Shown here piece by piece: positions 18,201 through 27,452 of a stretch of 64,000 bases of DNA; positions within the stretch are counted from its first letter, which is position 1; each line of letters opens with the position of its first letter. Source of the DNA: Candidatus Doudnabacteria bacterium (GTDB lineage Bacteria; Patescibacteriota; Doudnabacteria; UBA920); NCBI GenBank assembly GCA_963768175.1, contig CAVYGQ010000001.1, positions 638,305 through 702,304 on the forward strand. Reading direction: 5' to 3'. The notes beneath the pieces were generated by a model. It was not told the DNA's origin, made no database searches, and was given only the letters and a program-made list of their open reading frames with translations. Both the position numbers and the translations under genes were made by a program.

Positions 18201-18995
18201 ATGACAAACAACAACATTGAGTTTATCAAAGCTGAACGCAGGCGGGCGAAAGCCAGAATCGCCCTGTGCGGACCAAGTGGTTCCGGCAAGACGCATTCAG
18301 CTTTAAGGGTAGCGGAGGGTCTGGCAAAGACAGGCAGGATAGCGGTAATTGATACGGAGAATAGCTCGGCTGAGATGGAAGCCGGCAAGCCGGGAATCCC
18401 TCCGTTCAACGTAGTCGTGATGCACGCGCCTTTTGATCCGCTGAAATACATCGCCGCGATCAAAGCGGCCGATGCGGCGGGCTACGAGGTGCTGATTATC
18501 GACTCCCTGTCCCACGCCTGGGCCGGTAGCGGCGGGCTGCTGGAAAAAAAAGACATCCTGGAAAAAATAAAAAAGAATTCTTTTACCGCATGGCGCGAAA
18601 TTACACCTCTCCACAATAGGCTGATAGAAACTATATTGCAAAGCAACATGCACATTATAGCCACTATCAGAACCAAAACCGGCATGGCGATGGACACGGA
18701 CGGCAACGGCAAAGTTACGGTTAAAAAAGTCGGTATGGATCTTGTGCAGCGCGACGGTATCGACTACGAATTCACCGTAGCCTTAGACCTTGACCAGGCC
18801 ACCCACATGGCCATGCCGAGTAAGGATCGCACCTCCATCTTCGACACGCCGGACGGAAAAAATGTAGTAATGCTTTCCAAAGAAACCGGCCTGGAGATTA
18901 GGGAATGGCTGGAAGGCGTGGAAGAAGAAAAACTTCCGGTTACGACGCACAGCCGCGCCATGTCCCCTGCCGCCAGACAGCCAGTGCTCGCCTAA
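18201..18995 (+). CDS. Phage-type RecA-fold ATPase (Sak4 / AAA_24-like)
   Basis: Walker A ALCGPSGSGKTH followed by IAVIDTENS and LIIDSLSHAW, as in RecA-like cores. Confidence 0.65.
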   Translation: MTNNNIEFIKAERRRAKARIALCGPSGSGKTHSALRVAEGLAKTGRIAVIDTENSSAEMEAGKPGIPPFNVVVMHAPFDPLKYIAAIKAADAAGYEVLIIDSLSHAWAGSGGLLEKKDILEKIKKNSFTAWREITPLHNRLIETILQSNMHIIATIRTKTGMAMDTDGNGKVTVKKVGMDLVQRDGIDYEFTVALDLDQATHMAMPSKDRTSIFDTPDGKNVVMLSKETGLEIREWLEGVEEEKLPVTTHSRAMSPAARQPVLA

Positions 18996-19072
18996 ACAAT
19001 CCTTTAATACTTCGCTCCCGACCCTGCACGCCTGCATCCAGGCAGGCAGGGATCGGGGGCTAAGTCAGTTCT

Positions 19073-19615
19073 ATGAAATTTTTTATAAACATAAACCAAG
19101 AAAAACTCATTGAACTGGCGCCGGAAGCGAGGCTCACTGACGGAGCAGTCATGGACTACGTTTATTGGCTATGTTCCAGCCCCAGTCAGGAAGTGGAAAA
19201 TTGCCGGATTATATTTAACGGCGAAAAGTATACCTGGGTAAATTACGACTGGCTGATTCAGGATATGCCTTTGTTAAAAGGGAAAAGCAAATCAACCCTG
19301 ACTCCGGTGTTCAAGCGGCTCGAAAAATGGGGCTTTATTAAAACCCATCAGATAGCCAGTGGAAGAAAGCATGTGCATCTTGTGGATAAGGCCGACCTAC
19401 TGTTCAGAAATCAGAACAGTCCCATTCGGAAAACAAAACAGGGCCGTTTCGCAAACGAAACTAATCATATTACTACTGACCAGACTACTAAATCCCTAGG
19501 GCAAATCCCAAAAAATTATGAAGGCATAAATAAACTAAATGCCATCAAACAAAAGTTTTTAGCAAAAAATTCAATGTCAATTAACCAGACTAATACAACG
19601 AAAGGAATAATATGA
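19073..19615 (+). CDS. Hypothetical protein (possible DNA-binding protein)
   Basis: 180-aa ORF whose stop overlaps the start of the HU gene. Confidence 0.4.
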   Translation: MKFFININQEKLIELAPEARLTDGAVMDYVYWLCSSPSQEVENCRIIFNGEKYTWVNYDWLIQDMPLLKGKSKSTLTPVFKRLEKWGFIKTHQIASGRKHVHLVDKADLLFRNQNSPIRKTKQGRFANETNHITTDQTTKSLGQIPKNYEGINKLNAIKQKFLAKNSMSINQTNTTKGII

Positions 19616-19911
19616 AGCGCTCAAATCAGATTAACAAGGCGGAATTCGTCGAGGAACTTGCGGCTGTGATTCGGCTTACCGCCAGCGAAACCGAACACAT
19701 TGTCAACACTTTTATAAAAATGATTTATACCCACCTGCACCAGGGTGAAATGGTCAACCTGTCCGGCTTTGGCAAGTTCAGCGTTTCCCATCGCGCATCC
19801 CGAATAGGCATCAACCCCCGTTCCCCCGAACAGAAAATAACCATCCCGGAACTTAATACGCCGAAGTTTAAGGCTGGCGAAGCCTTTAAAGAAGCGGTAA
19901 AATTAAGATAG
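19612..19911 (+). CDS. HU/IHF-family DNA-binding protein
   Basis: GFGKFSVSHRASRIGINPRSPEQKITIPELNTPKFKAGEAFKEAV is an HU arm motif. Confidence 0.75.
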   Translation: MKRSNQINKAEFVEELAAVIRLTASETEHIVNTFIKMIYTHLHQGEMVNLSGFGKFSVSHRASRIGINPRSPEQKITIPELNTPKFKAGEAFKEAVKLR

Positions 19912-19949
19912 CTTAACTTTTACATATGCCCAAACCCACGCATTAACAA

Positions 19950-20141
19950 ATGGCCGAATATGAAGAATGGCTAAAGCAGCACCCGGATGCAGCCCCCTCT
20001 TCCGAGGTCGCCAGAAGCGTAATTGACGACGACATGGCCGAAGCCGAAGAGCACGAGCGCAAACGCGCCAACTGGAGCAGGGAGTATAATGCCAAGGAAA
20101 TCAGTCCCGCCTCCAAGCCTAAATTGGCAGAAAAAGAATAA
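19950..20141 (+). CDS. Hypothetical acidic small protein
   Basis: 63-aa ORF. Confidence 0.3.
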   Translation: MAEYEEWLKQHPDAAPSSEVARSVIDDDMAEAEEHERKRANWSREYNAKEISPASKPKLAEKE

Positions 20142-20354
20142 ATACAATGCCCGAAAACCAAAGGGATTACAACCACTTACTTGTGACCCAGGCCTCTGGA
20201 CAAGACCGTAAACAGAGAGTAAAATGGGCAGTTATAGCCATGGCTGTGATAGCCTGTGTTATAATTTGGCTATTAATACATACAGTAACTCGGACGTAAA
20301 TGTTTGTGTCCGGTTTGCTGTATGTAATCCCATTCATGTAGGAGGAAGTAGATA

Positions 20355-20780
20355 GTGGCAACTGTCGAACAAGGGCTTAGTGATGTAATCACTAAATCAG
20401 TTGATCTGGGCTTACTTAGCGAGCCCGGATACCGCGCAGGCGTGATTCAAGGAGTGTGCCGTGTACGGGCATTCCTGAATAGCTCGCAAGATCATGCGAG
20501 CCTGACCCAAGCGCAGATAACCGCCAATCTTAAGGCGGAGAAAAGGAGATTCAACGAGGAAGTGCGGCAAATGACGGCAAACGATTCCGCTCTGGAACGC
20601 GCTGCCAACCATCGGCCGAGAGTATCAAAAGCCGTACTGGAGCCGGACATGGACGCCAATGCAATCTCGGTTCCTGATGACTGGACGCCGCCGGAAAAGA
20701 TGCCGGAACACTTGCGACTGCACTCGAGACAGCCGCAGGCCATCCCGGCCTTCGCCGTCAACGCCCTCGCCTGTTGCTAA
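20355..20780 (+). CDS. Hypothetical protein, GC-rich
   Basis: 141-aa ORF. The region 20.3-21.2 kb is GC-rich with overlapping alternative-frame ORFs, so calls here are uncertain. Confidence 0.35.
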   Translation: MATVEQGLSDVITKSVDLGLLSEPGYRAGVIQGVCRVRAFLNSSQDHASLTQAQITANLKAEKRRFNEEVRQMTANDSALERAANHRPRVSKAVLEPDMDANAISVPDDWTPPEKMPEHLRLHSRQPQAIPAFAVNALACC

Positions 20781-21200
20781 AGGAGACCAGATGAGTAGCG
20801 TTCCCCACTTACCGGATGTATTCGAAATCAGAACGCAACAAGGTTGCATGGGGCAGAAAGACTCGCTCGATACGCCAGCGGAATCGGACGAGTCGTACGA
20901 AGCCTCCGAAGCCTTGCTCAACGCCGTGCGTGCGCAAGCCAGCATCGGCCAACCGTCAACAGTCAAGAACTAAAAAGGAGCAGACGGTGCAGATTAGCCC
21001 CGAAGTCCTAAAAGACCGTTTCAAGGTTCCGCCCTCAGTGCCGGACGACCACGTGGTTGTTCAAGACCGATCGCAGTCTGGCTGGAGGCTAATGGCTCCG
21101 ACACGCAATCCGGGCGCACAGCCGGTTGCCAAGCTCCCTCTCCACAGTGGCAGGTCGCCGATGTACGGCCACCATCTCCACTAATCTACAACACGCATCA

Positions 21201-21255
21201 CGCGCCACAACGCAAACAGCGCAGGACCTGGAGGTACCCTGCGCTGTTTAATTTG
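21201..21255. repeat. Left copy of a roughly 50-bp repeat that forms a stem-loop with a GGAGG loop; it brackets the DGR
   Basis: cgcgccacaacgcaaacagcgcagg-acctggaggtacc-ctgcgctgttt. Paired with the copy at 24650-24712, with compensatory stem changes. Confidence 0.55.
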
Positions 21256-21843
21256 ATGTAAAACTTTCCTTAATAGCGGTTTTTTGGTAAAATAAAGGTA
21301 CAATCTGCGCCTAAACCTTGAGAATATCCGGGCATGGCAAAGCTACTCCGGTAGCAAACCAATACAGGTAAAGAAACCCTCGTCAGGGTTCCTGTATTGG
21401 TCGTGCGGGGAAACTCGCGCGTTCGGCCCGAAAGGGTCGAGCTCCTGGCGGGGGCTTTTTTGTATCCAAAATTAATTATTAGAAGCTATGCCCAAATATA
21501 AAATCGACATCTGGTTTGATCAAAAACCCAAAAAAATACACTTAGGGTCTGTTGCTGTTGAGGCGAAAAATGAAGAAGAGGCCTATAAAATTGCATGCCT
21601 AAAAACTGAGCACTGGATGGTAGGGAAAGTAGAAAAAGATCAATAAAAATGGGCGAAAACTCGTTCCTTGACAAACCAATAAAACTTTGATATAATGTAA
21701 GGTCTCAAAAATAACGAGACTTGCGCTTTACAATCCTTCACTAATCAAAGGATAATAAAGTGCTTGTCTTGTTTTGAAAAAGATGAGACCGTGTCCTTGC
21801 GGCCCAAGGATGTCTTACAGAACCTACACAATTCGAAAGGAGG

Positions 21844-22710
21844 ATGCTGACGATGACTACCTCATCGCTCCCATCCGATCTCAATGTTCCGGCATCCCCG
21901 GAGCAAATTCGCGACGTCCGTAACACAACCGAGGTTGCGCTGGAAAAAGGGAAGTTTTTCAAACCCGAACTCCACGCAATCCATTCGCACGGCGATCTGT
22001 ACATCCCGGCCTATCAGGAATTCGCCCACGCTTTCGCTCTGCGAATGATGACTCCGACGTTCGACCTCGCTGGTGCGCTCACTCTGCTCGGCCAGACCAA
22101 TCTGGTGACGCACGAGCAGAATTCGGCCACCTTCAGCCAGCCGTCCCCCAAAGGACAGATTGTGGCTTGCCCGAACATGGCGCAGATTCAGGAGTGCGCT
22201 GGCCAGAACAAGGCCGGAAAGCACAAGTGGATCCTCGCCTATGGGTCGACCCAGTCGTTCCGCAGCCAGCATTCCACGCTCGGCACCGACACCAATCACA
22301 AGCCGAACTACTACCCCGGCGTCGACTGGTTCCTGAAGCCCAACTATAAGGAAGTGGGCGACAGCAAGCCGGAAGCCGGGTACTACCTGCTCGACATGAC
22401 CCCGCGGTGGAATCTCACCAACTGGCAACAGCAGGAGGACAACATCGCCGCATTGGGTGAAGACTACGAGCGCGCCGACGAGCGCGTGTTTGCCCAAGCG
22501 GTGCTGGCGCACCAGAAGACTACCGGCCAGCGGCTGTTTAACGACAAGTGGCACTGGGGTCGCATTCTCGACTCCCGCGGGTTTCGCGTCTGCGTCGAGC
22601 TCCACTCGGTTGGGCTCCTCGTCTTCGACGTTCCTCCGTCCTACGGCGACCGCGACCTCTTGTACGTCTGCGTTGCCCGGAAGTCCCGCGATCGTGCCTT
22701 GATAGCTTGA
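21844..22710 (+). CDS. DGR target protein (C-type-lectin/FGE-like C-terminus carrying the variable region)
   Basis: 288 aa, GC-rich. The C-terminal ...ILDSRGFRVCVELHSVGLLVFDVPPSYGDRDLLYVCVARK is encoded by the VR. TGA stop. Confidence 0.8.
   Translation: MLTMTTSSLPSDLNVPASPEQIRDVRNTTEVALEKGKFFKPELHAIHSHGDLYIPAYQEFAHAFALRMMTPTFDLAGALTLLGQTNLVTHEQNSATFSQPSPKGQIVACPNMAQIQECAGQNKAGKHKWILAYGSTQSFRSQHSTLGTDTNHKPNYYPGVDWFLKPNYKEVGDSKPEAGYYLLDMTPRWNLTNWQQQEDNIAALGEDYERADERVFAQAVLAHQKTTGQRLFNDKWHWGRILDSRGFRVCVELHSVGLLVFDVPPSYGDRDLLYVCVARKSRDRALIA
22565..22685 (+). repeat. DGR variable repeat (VR)
   Basis: 121 bp. It matches the reverse complement of 24185-24305 with 18 mismatches, and every mismatch falls on a TR adenine. 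Confidence 0.85.
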
Positions 22711-22749
22711 GGACTAGAGGCTCTTGTATTTTGAGCCTTGAACCCTTGA

Positions 22750-22781
22750 GGGGAGGCTTCACGTCCTACGTGAAGCCTCCC
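22750..22781 (+). promoter_or_regulatory. GC-rich hairpin downstream of the VR (DGR target-recognition-type stem-loop and terminator)
   Basis: ggggaggcttcacg-tccta-cgtgaagcctccc followed by a T-rich run. Confidence 0.5.
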
Positions 22782-22788
22782 GAAATTT

Positions 22789-23808
22789 TTATTTTTTCGG
22801 CATTTCACTTTGCAACCAAAACTCATTCTTTAAACTTTCTCCAAAATCATGGGCATTGCAATGAGATAGCACCCCTAAATACGATTGTAGAGATTGCTCA
22901 TTAATCCCTTTAGCTGATTTATTAAAAATTCTTTGCTTAGTTTTGTTCCTCAAAATCCTGAATTTGGGAAACTGAATATAGCCAAGAAAATCAACTCCCT
23001 GATGGTATTTTCGTAACGTTAGTTTATGAGGGTGGATATCAAGCTTGAGCCGCTCCCGTAAAAACAGCTTTATCCATTCTAACAAGGACAAAAGTTTTTC
23101 AGGCGAATCTGAAACCAGAACAAAATCATCGGTATAGCGAACATAAAAAGGGACTTTCAGTTTGTGTTTAACAAATCTGTCCAGTTCATTCAAATAAATA
23201 TTGGCAAAGACCTGGCTAGTCAGATTGCCTATGGGTACGCCATAAGGAAAACTGTCCACGACTTCACGGATTAGCCACATGGCATCGACATCTTTAATTT
23301 TTTGGCCAATAATAGAAATCAAAATATCATGATCAACCGAACGAAAAAACTGTCTAACATCACACTTAAGCACAAAGCAGGGCTTAGTATTATTTTTGCT
23401 GGCTTTACGCAATATGCTTTTAAGCGCTTCCACGCCCTTGTGCGTGCCTTTGCCCTTTTGACAGGAAAAAGAATTGGGAATAAAGGTCTCTTCAAAAATG
23501 GGATTCAAAACAGCAAAAATGGCATGATGGATAAGCCGGTCGCGCACTCTGGCTTTGTGGATGTTCCTTTGTTTGGGATCCTGGATAAAAAAGGAAGAAT
23601 AAGGCGCATGCTTGTATCTTTTTGACTTTAATTCGTCACGCAAATCAAAAATGTTCTGCTCCAATGAAAACTCAAAAGCCATTACATCGCTGCGTTTGGT
23701 CTTTCCCTTGCGAAATGCCTGCCAGGAGTTAAACAGATTTTCCGCACTGGTTATTTTGCTAAAAATATCTTTATAGATTTTCATATATGAACGAATTCGA
23801 TGTTCCAA
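22789..23808 (-). CDS. DGR-type reverse transcriptase
   Basis: RT motifs appear in order, including PIGNLTSQVFANIYLNELD and YVRYTDDFVLV (YxDD). The SQ in motif 4 is the DGR hallmark. 339 aa. An alternative start MKIYKD at 23784 would remove the overlap with the Avd-like gene. Confidence 0.85.
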   Translation of the reverse strand: MEHRIRSYMKIYKDIFSKITSAENLFNSWQAFRKGKTKRSDVMAFEFSLEQNIFDLRDELKSKRYKHAPYSSFFIQDPKQRNIHKARVRDRLIHHAIFAVLNPIFEETFIPNSFSCQKGKGTHKGVEALKSILRKASKNNTKPCFVLKCDVRQFFRSVDHDILISIIGQKIKDVDAMWLIREVVDSFPYGVPIGNLTSQVFANIYLNELDRFVKHKLKVPFYVRYTDDFVLVSDSPEKLLSLLEWIKLFLRERLKLDIHPHKLTLRKYHQGVDFLGYIQFPKFRILRNKTKQRIFNKSAKGINEQSLQSYLGVLSHCNAHDFGESLKNEFWLQSEMPKK

Positions 23809-24164
23809 TTTTTAAAAAGTCGTATGATTTATACAAAGAGTTTTATATTTGTTTAAAAACTTTCCCAAAGCAGGACAGATATTCTTTAGGCCAGAAAAGT
23901 GAAACTGTTTTAACGGAAATTTTAGAGTGCTTGCTGACAGCCACCGGCCTGCCCAAAGCGGAAAAGTTACCTTACTTGGATAAGGCCAGTGGCAAGCTCA
24001 ATATTTTACGGATTTATATGCGTCTGGCCAAAGACATTAAGGCTATGGATAACAAAAGATATATTTTCTTTCAGGACTCGGTAGACGAAATAGGCAGGAT
24101 GCTGGGCGGCTGGAAAAAATCTGTTCAGGTTTTACAACAACCAGACCTACCTCTTAAGAGGTAG
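23787..24164 (+). CDS. Avd-like accessory variability determinant (four-helix-bundle family)
   Basis: 125 aa, basic. FKKSYDLYKEFYICLKTFPKQDRYSLGQKSETVLTEILECLL. Sits next to the RT and TR but diverges from the RT. Confidence 0.65.
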   Translation: MNEFDVPIFKKSYDLYKEFYICLKTFPKQDRYSLGQKSETVLTEILECLLTATGLPKAEKLPYLDKASGKLNILRIYMRLAKDIKAMDNKRYIFFQDSVDEIGRMLGGWKKSVQVLQQPDLPLKR

Positions 24165-24184
24165 GTCTGGTAAAAAAACGATGA

Positions 24185-24305
24185 GACTTCCGGGCAACGC
24201 AGACGTACAAGTTGTCGTTGTCGCCGTAGGACGGATGATCGTTGTTGACGTTGAGCCCATCCGAGTTGAGCTTGACGCAGACGCGATACCCGTTGGAGTT
24301 GAGAA
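24185..24305 (-). repeat. DGR template repeat (TR)
   Basis: The minus-strand sequence equals the VR except at 18 of its 28 adenines, mostly in AAC codons (TR-frame LNSNGYRVCVKLNSDGLNVNNDHPSYGDNDNLYVCVARK). Confidence 0.85.
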
Positions 24306-24649
24306 ATTGCCTGTTTCCGTCCGTGATCACTGGAAAATGTAAGGCTTACTGCCTTTTGAGGGGCCTATACCCTTTCCTTTCCTGTATTTAACTTGGGAGT
24401 AGCCCCAACCTAACGCCGGGGCATCTCCGCTAGAAACAGACAAGAAGTATCACCGCAATCAATATTCGCACGCTACTGCATCCCGTAAGATGCAATACTC
24501 TGGCGCTCCAAAGATTGGAAACCCCGCGAGTTTGAACTGTAGCTCAAACTGCATGAGCAGGATTAAGCTTATTTTAAAAATTCTAGGGCAATCTGTCAAT
24601 TAGTAGCGGTTCTAAAAAATAACATTGGCCGCTGCATAACCTGAATCTG

Positions 24650-24712
24650 CAACGCGCATTTTGCGCACAATGCGAACAGCGCGGGACATGGAGGACCCCG
24701 CGCTGTTTTTAT
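24650..24712. repeat. Right copy of the DGR-bracketing stem-loop repeat
   Basis: gcgcacaatgcgaacagcgcggg-acatggaggaccc-cgcgctgttttt. Confidence 0.55.
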
Positions 24713-24749
24713 TATCATCCATAATCATTGCCTTTCCGCCGGTTTATTA

Positions 24750-25604
24750 ATGTTTTATCATTCACTAAAAAATAAAATGCAACAGCAACTTGAAAAGTTT
24801 GGAATATACTTATTAGTGCAAAGAGGCCTGCAACCCTATACTATATTTGGCTACCAAGGAGGTGTTAGTAGGTTTTTGCGGCAAGTGACAACAATCAATC
24901 CCAATGTCAGCCAAGTCGAGGGTTATATCGCCCAAATGAGGCAGCAGGGCAGTTCCTACAGTCATGTGGTTAACACTTCGCTGGCCATAGAACGATATAT
25001 GGATTTTCTTGGGACTCCTTTTAAATTAGGCCGCCCCAAAAAACCCAAGCGTACCATTAAAGAAACTCTCAGCGAGGCTGAAATAGCCCGTTTAATCGGA
25101 ATGTGCAAAAATATTCGGGAGCGGGCTATTTTAGTGGTATTGGCCTATTCCGGCATCAGGAACAAGGAGTTATGTAATTTGACTGTTTCTGATATTAATT
25201 TTTCTAACCAAAGCATTTATATCAAAGGGGGCAAAGGCAGTAAGGATAGAATTGCTTGCATCCCTCCGGAGTGCTTAGCTATCCTAATGGAATATTTACA
25301 GGCTTACCCAAGGGCACAGACTGATCGCTTATTTACCACGCTAGTAAAACAAAAATTTTATGCCGCTGGTGATTTAAGAAAACTGGTCAAGGTAGTGGCC
25401 AAACGTATGAATTTTAGCAAGCGGGTCTATCCTCACCTGTTTCGGCATTCTTTGGCCACTAATATGCTGGATTGGGGCGCTGCCATTCACTCCATCCAAC
25501 AGCAACTTGGCCATGCTTACATGGAAACTACCATGATCTATTTGCATCCGTCTTTGAGACGATTACGTAATGAGTATTTGTTTTATGTGCCAAATTATGT
25601 TTGA
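24750..25604 (+). CDS. Tyrosine recombinase/integrase (XerC/D-like)
   Basis: C-terminal catalytic region HLFRHSLATNMLDWGAAIHSIQQQLGHAYMETTMIYLH (R...H-x-x-R...Y). Confidence 0.85.
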   Translation: MFYHSLKNKMQQQLEKFGIYLLVQRGLQPYTIFGYQGGVSRFLRQVTTINPNVSQVEGYIAQMRQQGSSYSHVVNTSLAIERYMDFLGTPFKLGRPKKPKRTIKETLSEAEIARLIGMCKNIRERAILVVLAYSGIRNKELCNLTVSDINFSNQSIYIKGGKGSKDRIACIPPECLAILMEYLQAYPRAQTDRLFTTLVKQKFYAAGDLRKLVKVVAKRMNFSKRVYPHLFRHSLATNMLDWGAAIHSIQQQLGHAYMETTMIYLHPSLRRLRNEYLFYVPNYV

Positions 25605-25866
25605 AAGGGATATGAGTTAATCTATGACGCCTGCCTAATTCGGATTCGGATCGGGTGGGCGTTTCTTTATTACAGAATGGTTTTTATTGTGCCTAAATGG
25701 TAATATGAAAATAGGGCTTTACATAGTAAAAACCTAAACTTTGCTTTTTTCTTACCTTTTCTTTGATTTAATTTTACCTGCTCTTGATATAATTCTTACA
25801 GGCACGATTTTGAAGGATCTAAGGTCGAGGAATCCGAAACAAAAATATCTACTACAGGAGAACGAA

Positions 25867-25989
25867 ATGACAAGAGGCTTAGAGAAAATTTTAGAAGAAT
25901 TGCTAACTGAAAAATCTTCTAGAAACAAAGCTAAAATTCAGTTGCTGGCTACCAACCAAGAAGCTTTTTTGGCTTGGGAGTCAGTTTAG
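25867..25989 (+). CDS. Possible small ORF (40 aa) upstream of the histidine kinase
   Basis: AGGAG Shine-Dalgarno sequence 8 nt upstream. MTRGLEKILEELLTEKSSRNKAKIQLLATNQEAFLAWESV. Confidence 0.25.
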   Translation: MTRGLEKILEELLTEKSSRNKAKIQLLATNQEAFLAWESV

Positions 25990-26002
25990 TTTTTGCGCAA
26001 AA

Positions 26003-27448
26003 ATGGACGCTCATTTAAACAATTGGTTTGGGAGCAAACTAGCCCCCGTTTATAACCTCTTTAAAAAGAGCGTCCATTTTTTGTTTGTCAAATTACTTGA
26101 ACCCAAAACGCGACATGAAGATTCCAAGCGCAGGGAGTTTATTTTAAATATCATATTGTTTGGCTCTGTTGTTATGCTGTTTGTTCTGGATGCTTTTGTA
26201 CTTTATTACAGGTTAAAATTGGGAAACCAGGATAAAGGAATTTCTTTTAGCGCTTTCTCTTTGATTTTGCTGGGTTTTATTACGCTTTATGCTTTGTCCC
26301 GTTTCGGAAAATTTATATTGGCCGCTTATCTGTTTATCGCGGTTTATTTTTTAGCCAATAGCTATGCCGCATACCATTGGGGAGTTGACTTGCAGGCAGT
26401 GCTGCTTGGCTACGCTCTGCTGATTGTAATATCCAGCGTACTGATTAGTACTCTTTTTGGATTCTTGCTAACCACGTTAATTAGCGCATATTGTATTCCT
26501 TTATGGTATCTGCAAATTACCAGCCAGGTAACCGCTAGCTGGTATTGGAAGACTGACTTTAAATTTATTCAGGTGATAACGTTCTGTGTTATTTTTTTCG
26601 TCATCATGATTGTCTCCTGGCTTTCCAACCGGGAGATAGAAAAGTCATTACACCGGGCGCGAAAGTCCGAAGCCGAGTTAAAAAAAGAAAGGGATTTACT
26701 GGAAGTCAAAGTGGAAGAGCGCACGCAGGAGCTTAAAAAAACGCAGGCTGAAAAAATGTCACAGCTTTATCGTTTTTCGGAATTTGGCCGACTGTCTTCC
26801 GGAATATTTCACGATTTGATAAATCCTTTAACGGCACTGGCCATTAGCTTTAAACAATTGCAGGACACTAAAAATCAGGACCTGGAACAGGCTGAGCAGA
26901 ATCTCGAAAATGGTTTGGTAGCGGCCAGACGGATGGAAAGTTTTATCCAGACTATCCGAAAACAACTTTCCCACCAGGAAACCAAAGTTTCTTTTTCGCT
27001 GAATGAAGAAGCCCACGGTGTTGTGCAACTGTTTGAATATAAAGCCCGCCACGCCAAAGTCACCTTGCATTTTGTCCGCCAGCATGACGTCCAGACTTTT
27101 GGCGATCCGTTAAAATTCCATCAGATCGTGTCCAATCTGGTTTCCAACGGCATCGACGCTTATGACGGCATCCCGCCGGAAACAAACAAGGAACATGTGG
27201 TGGAAATTCGCCTTGCCCAGCATCGGGACATTGCGCGTTTGGAAGTCCAGGATCGGGACAGGGCATCAAGCCTGAAATTTTAGGGAAAATCTTTGACCCG
27301 TTCTTTACCACTAAAGATACAGAAAAAGGCACAGGCATCGGCCTTACCACCACAAAAAATATTACGGAAAAAGATTTTGCCGGAACCATTACTGTGGCGA
27401 GCAAGCCCGGCTATGGATCTACGTTCATTGTGGAATTCGTTGTATAAA
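26003..27448 (+). pseudogene. Sensor histidine kinase with an apparent single-base frameshift between the N-box and the G-boxes
   Basis: Six TM helices, H-box FHDLINPLTALAISFKQLQD, N-box LVSNGIDAY. The frame breaks at about 27245, and the +2 frame continues SGQGIKPEILGKIFDPFFTTKDTEKGTGIGL...IVEFVV to a stop at 27448. Confidence 0.65.
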
Positions 27449-27452
27449 AAAC

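Noticed and set aside
20400-21200. Multiple overlapping ORFs in all frames in the GC-rich 20.4-21.2 kb segment
   Set aside because: High GC inflates ORF length in every frame, so calls cannot be discriminated by eye. Only 20355..20780 was kept, at low confidence. Two RBS-preceded small ORFs (about 20791-20973 and a GTG at about 20986-21184) are plausible but unsupported.
21486-21674. Minus-strand 62-aa ORF versus a plus-strand 52-aa ORF (21488-21646)
   Set aside because: Neither has a convincing RBS or motif. The plus-strand reading (MPKYKIDIWFDQKPKKIHLGSVAVEAKNEEEAYKIACLKTEHWMVGKVEKDQ) looks more protein-like, but evidence is insufficient to annotate either.
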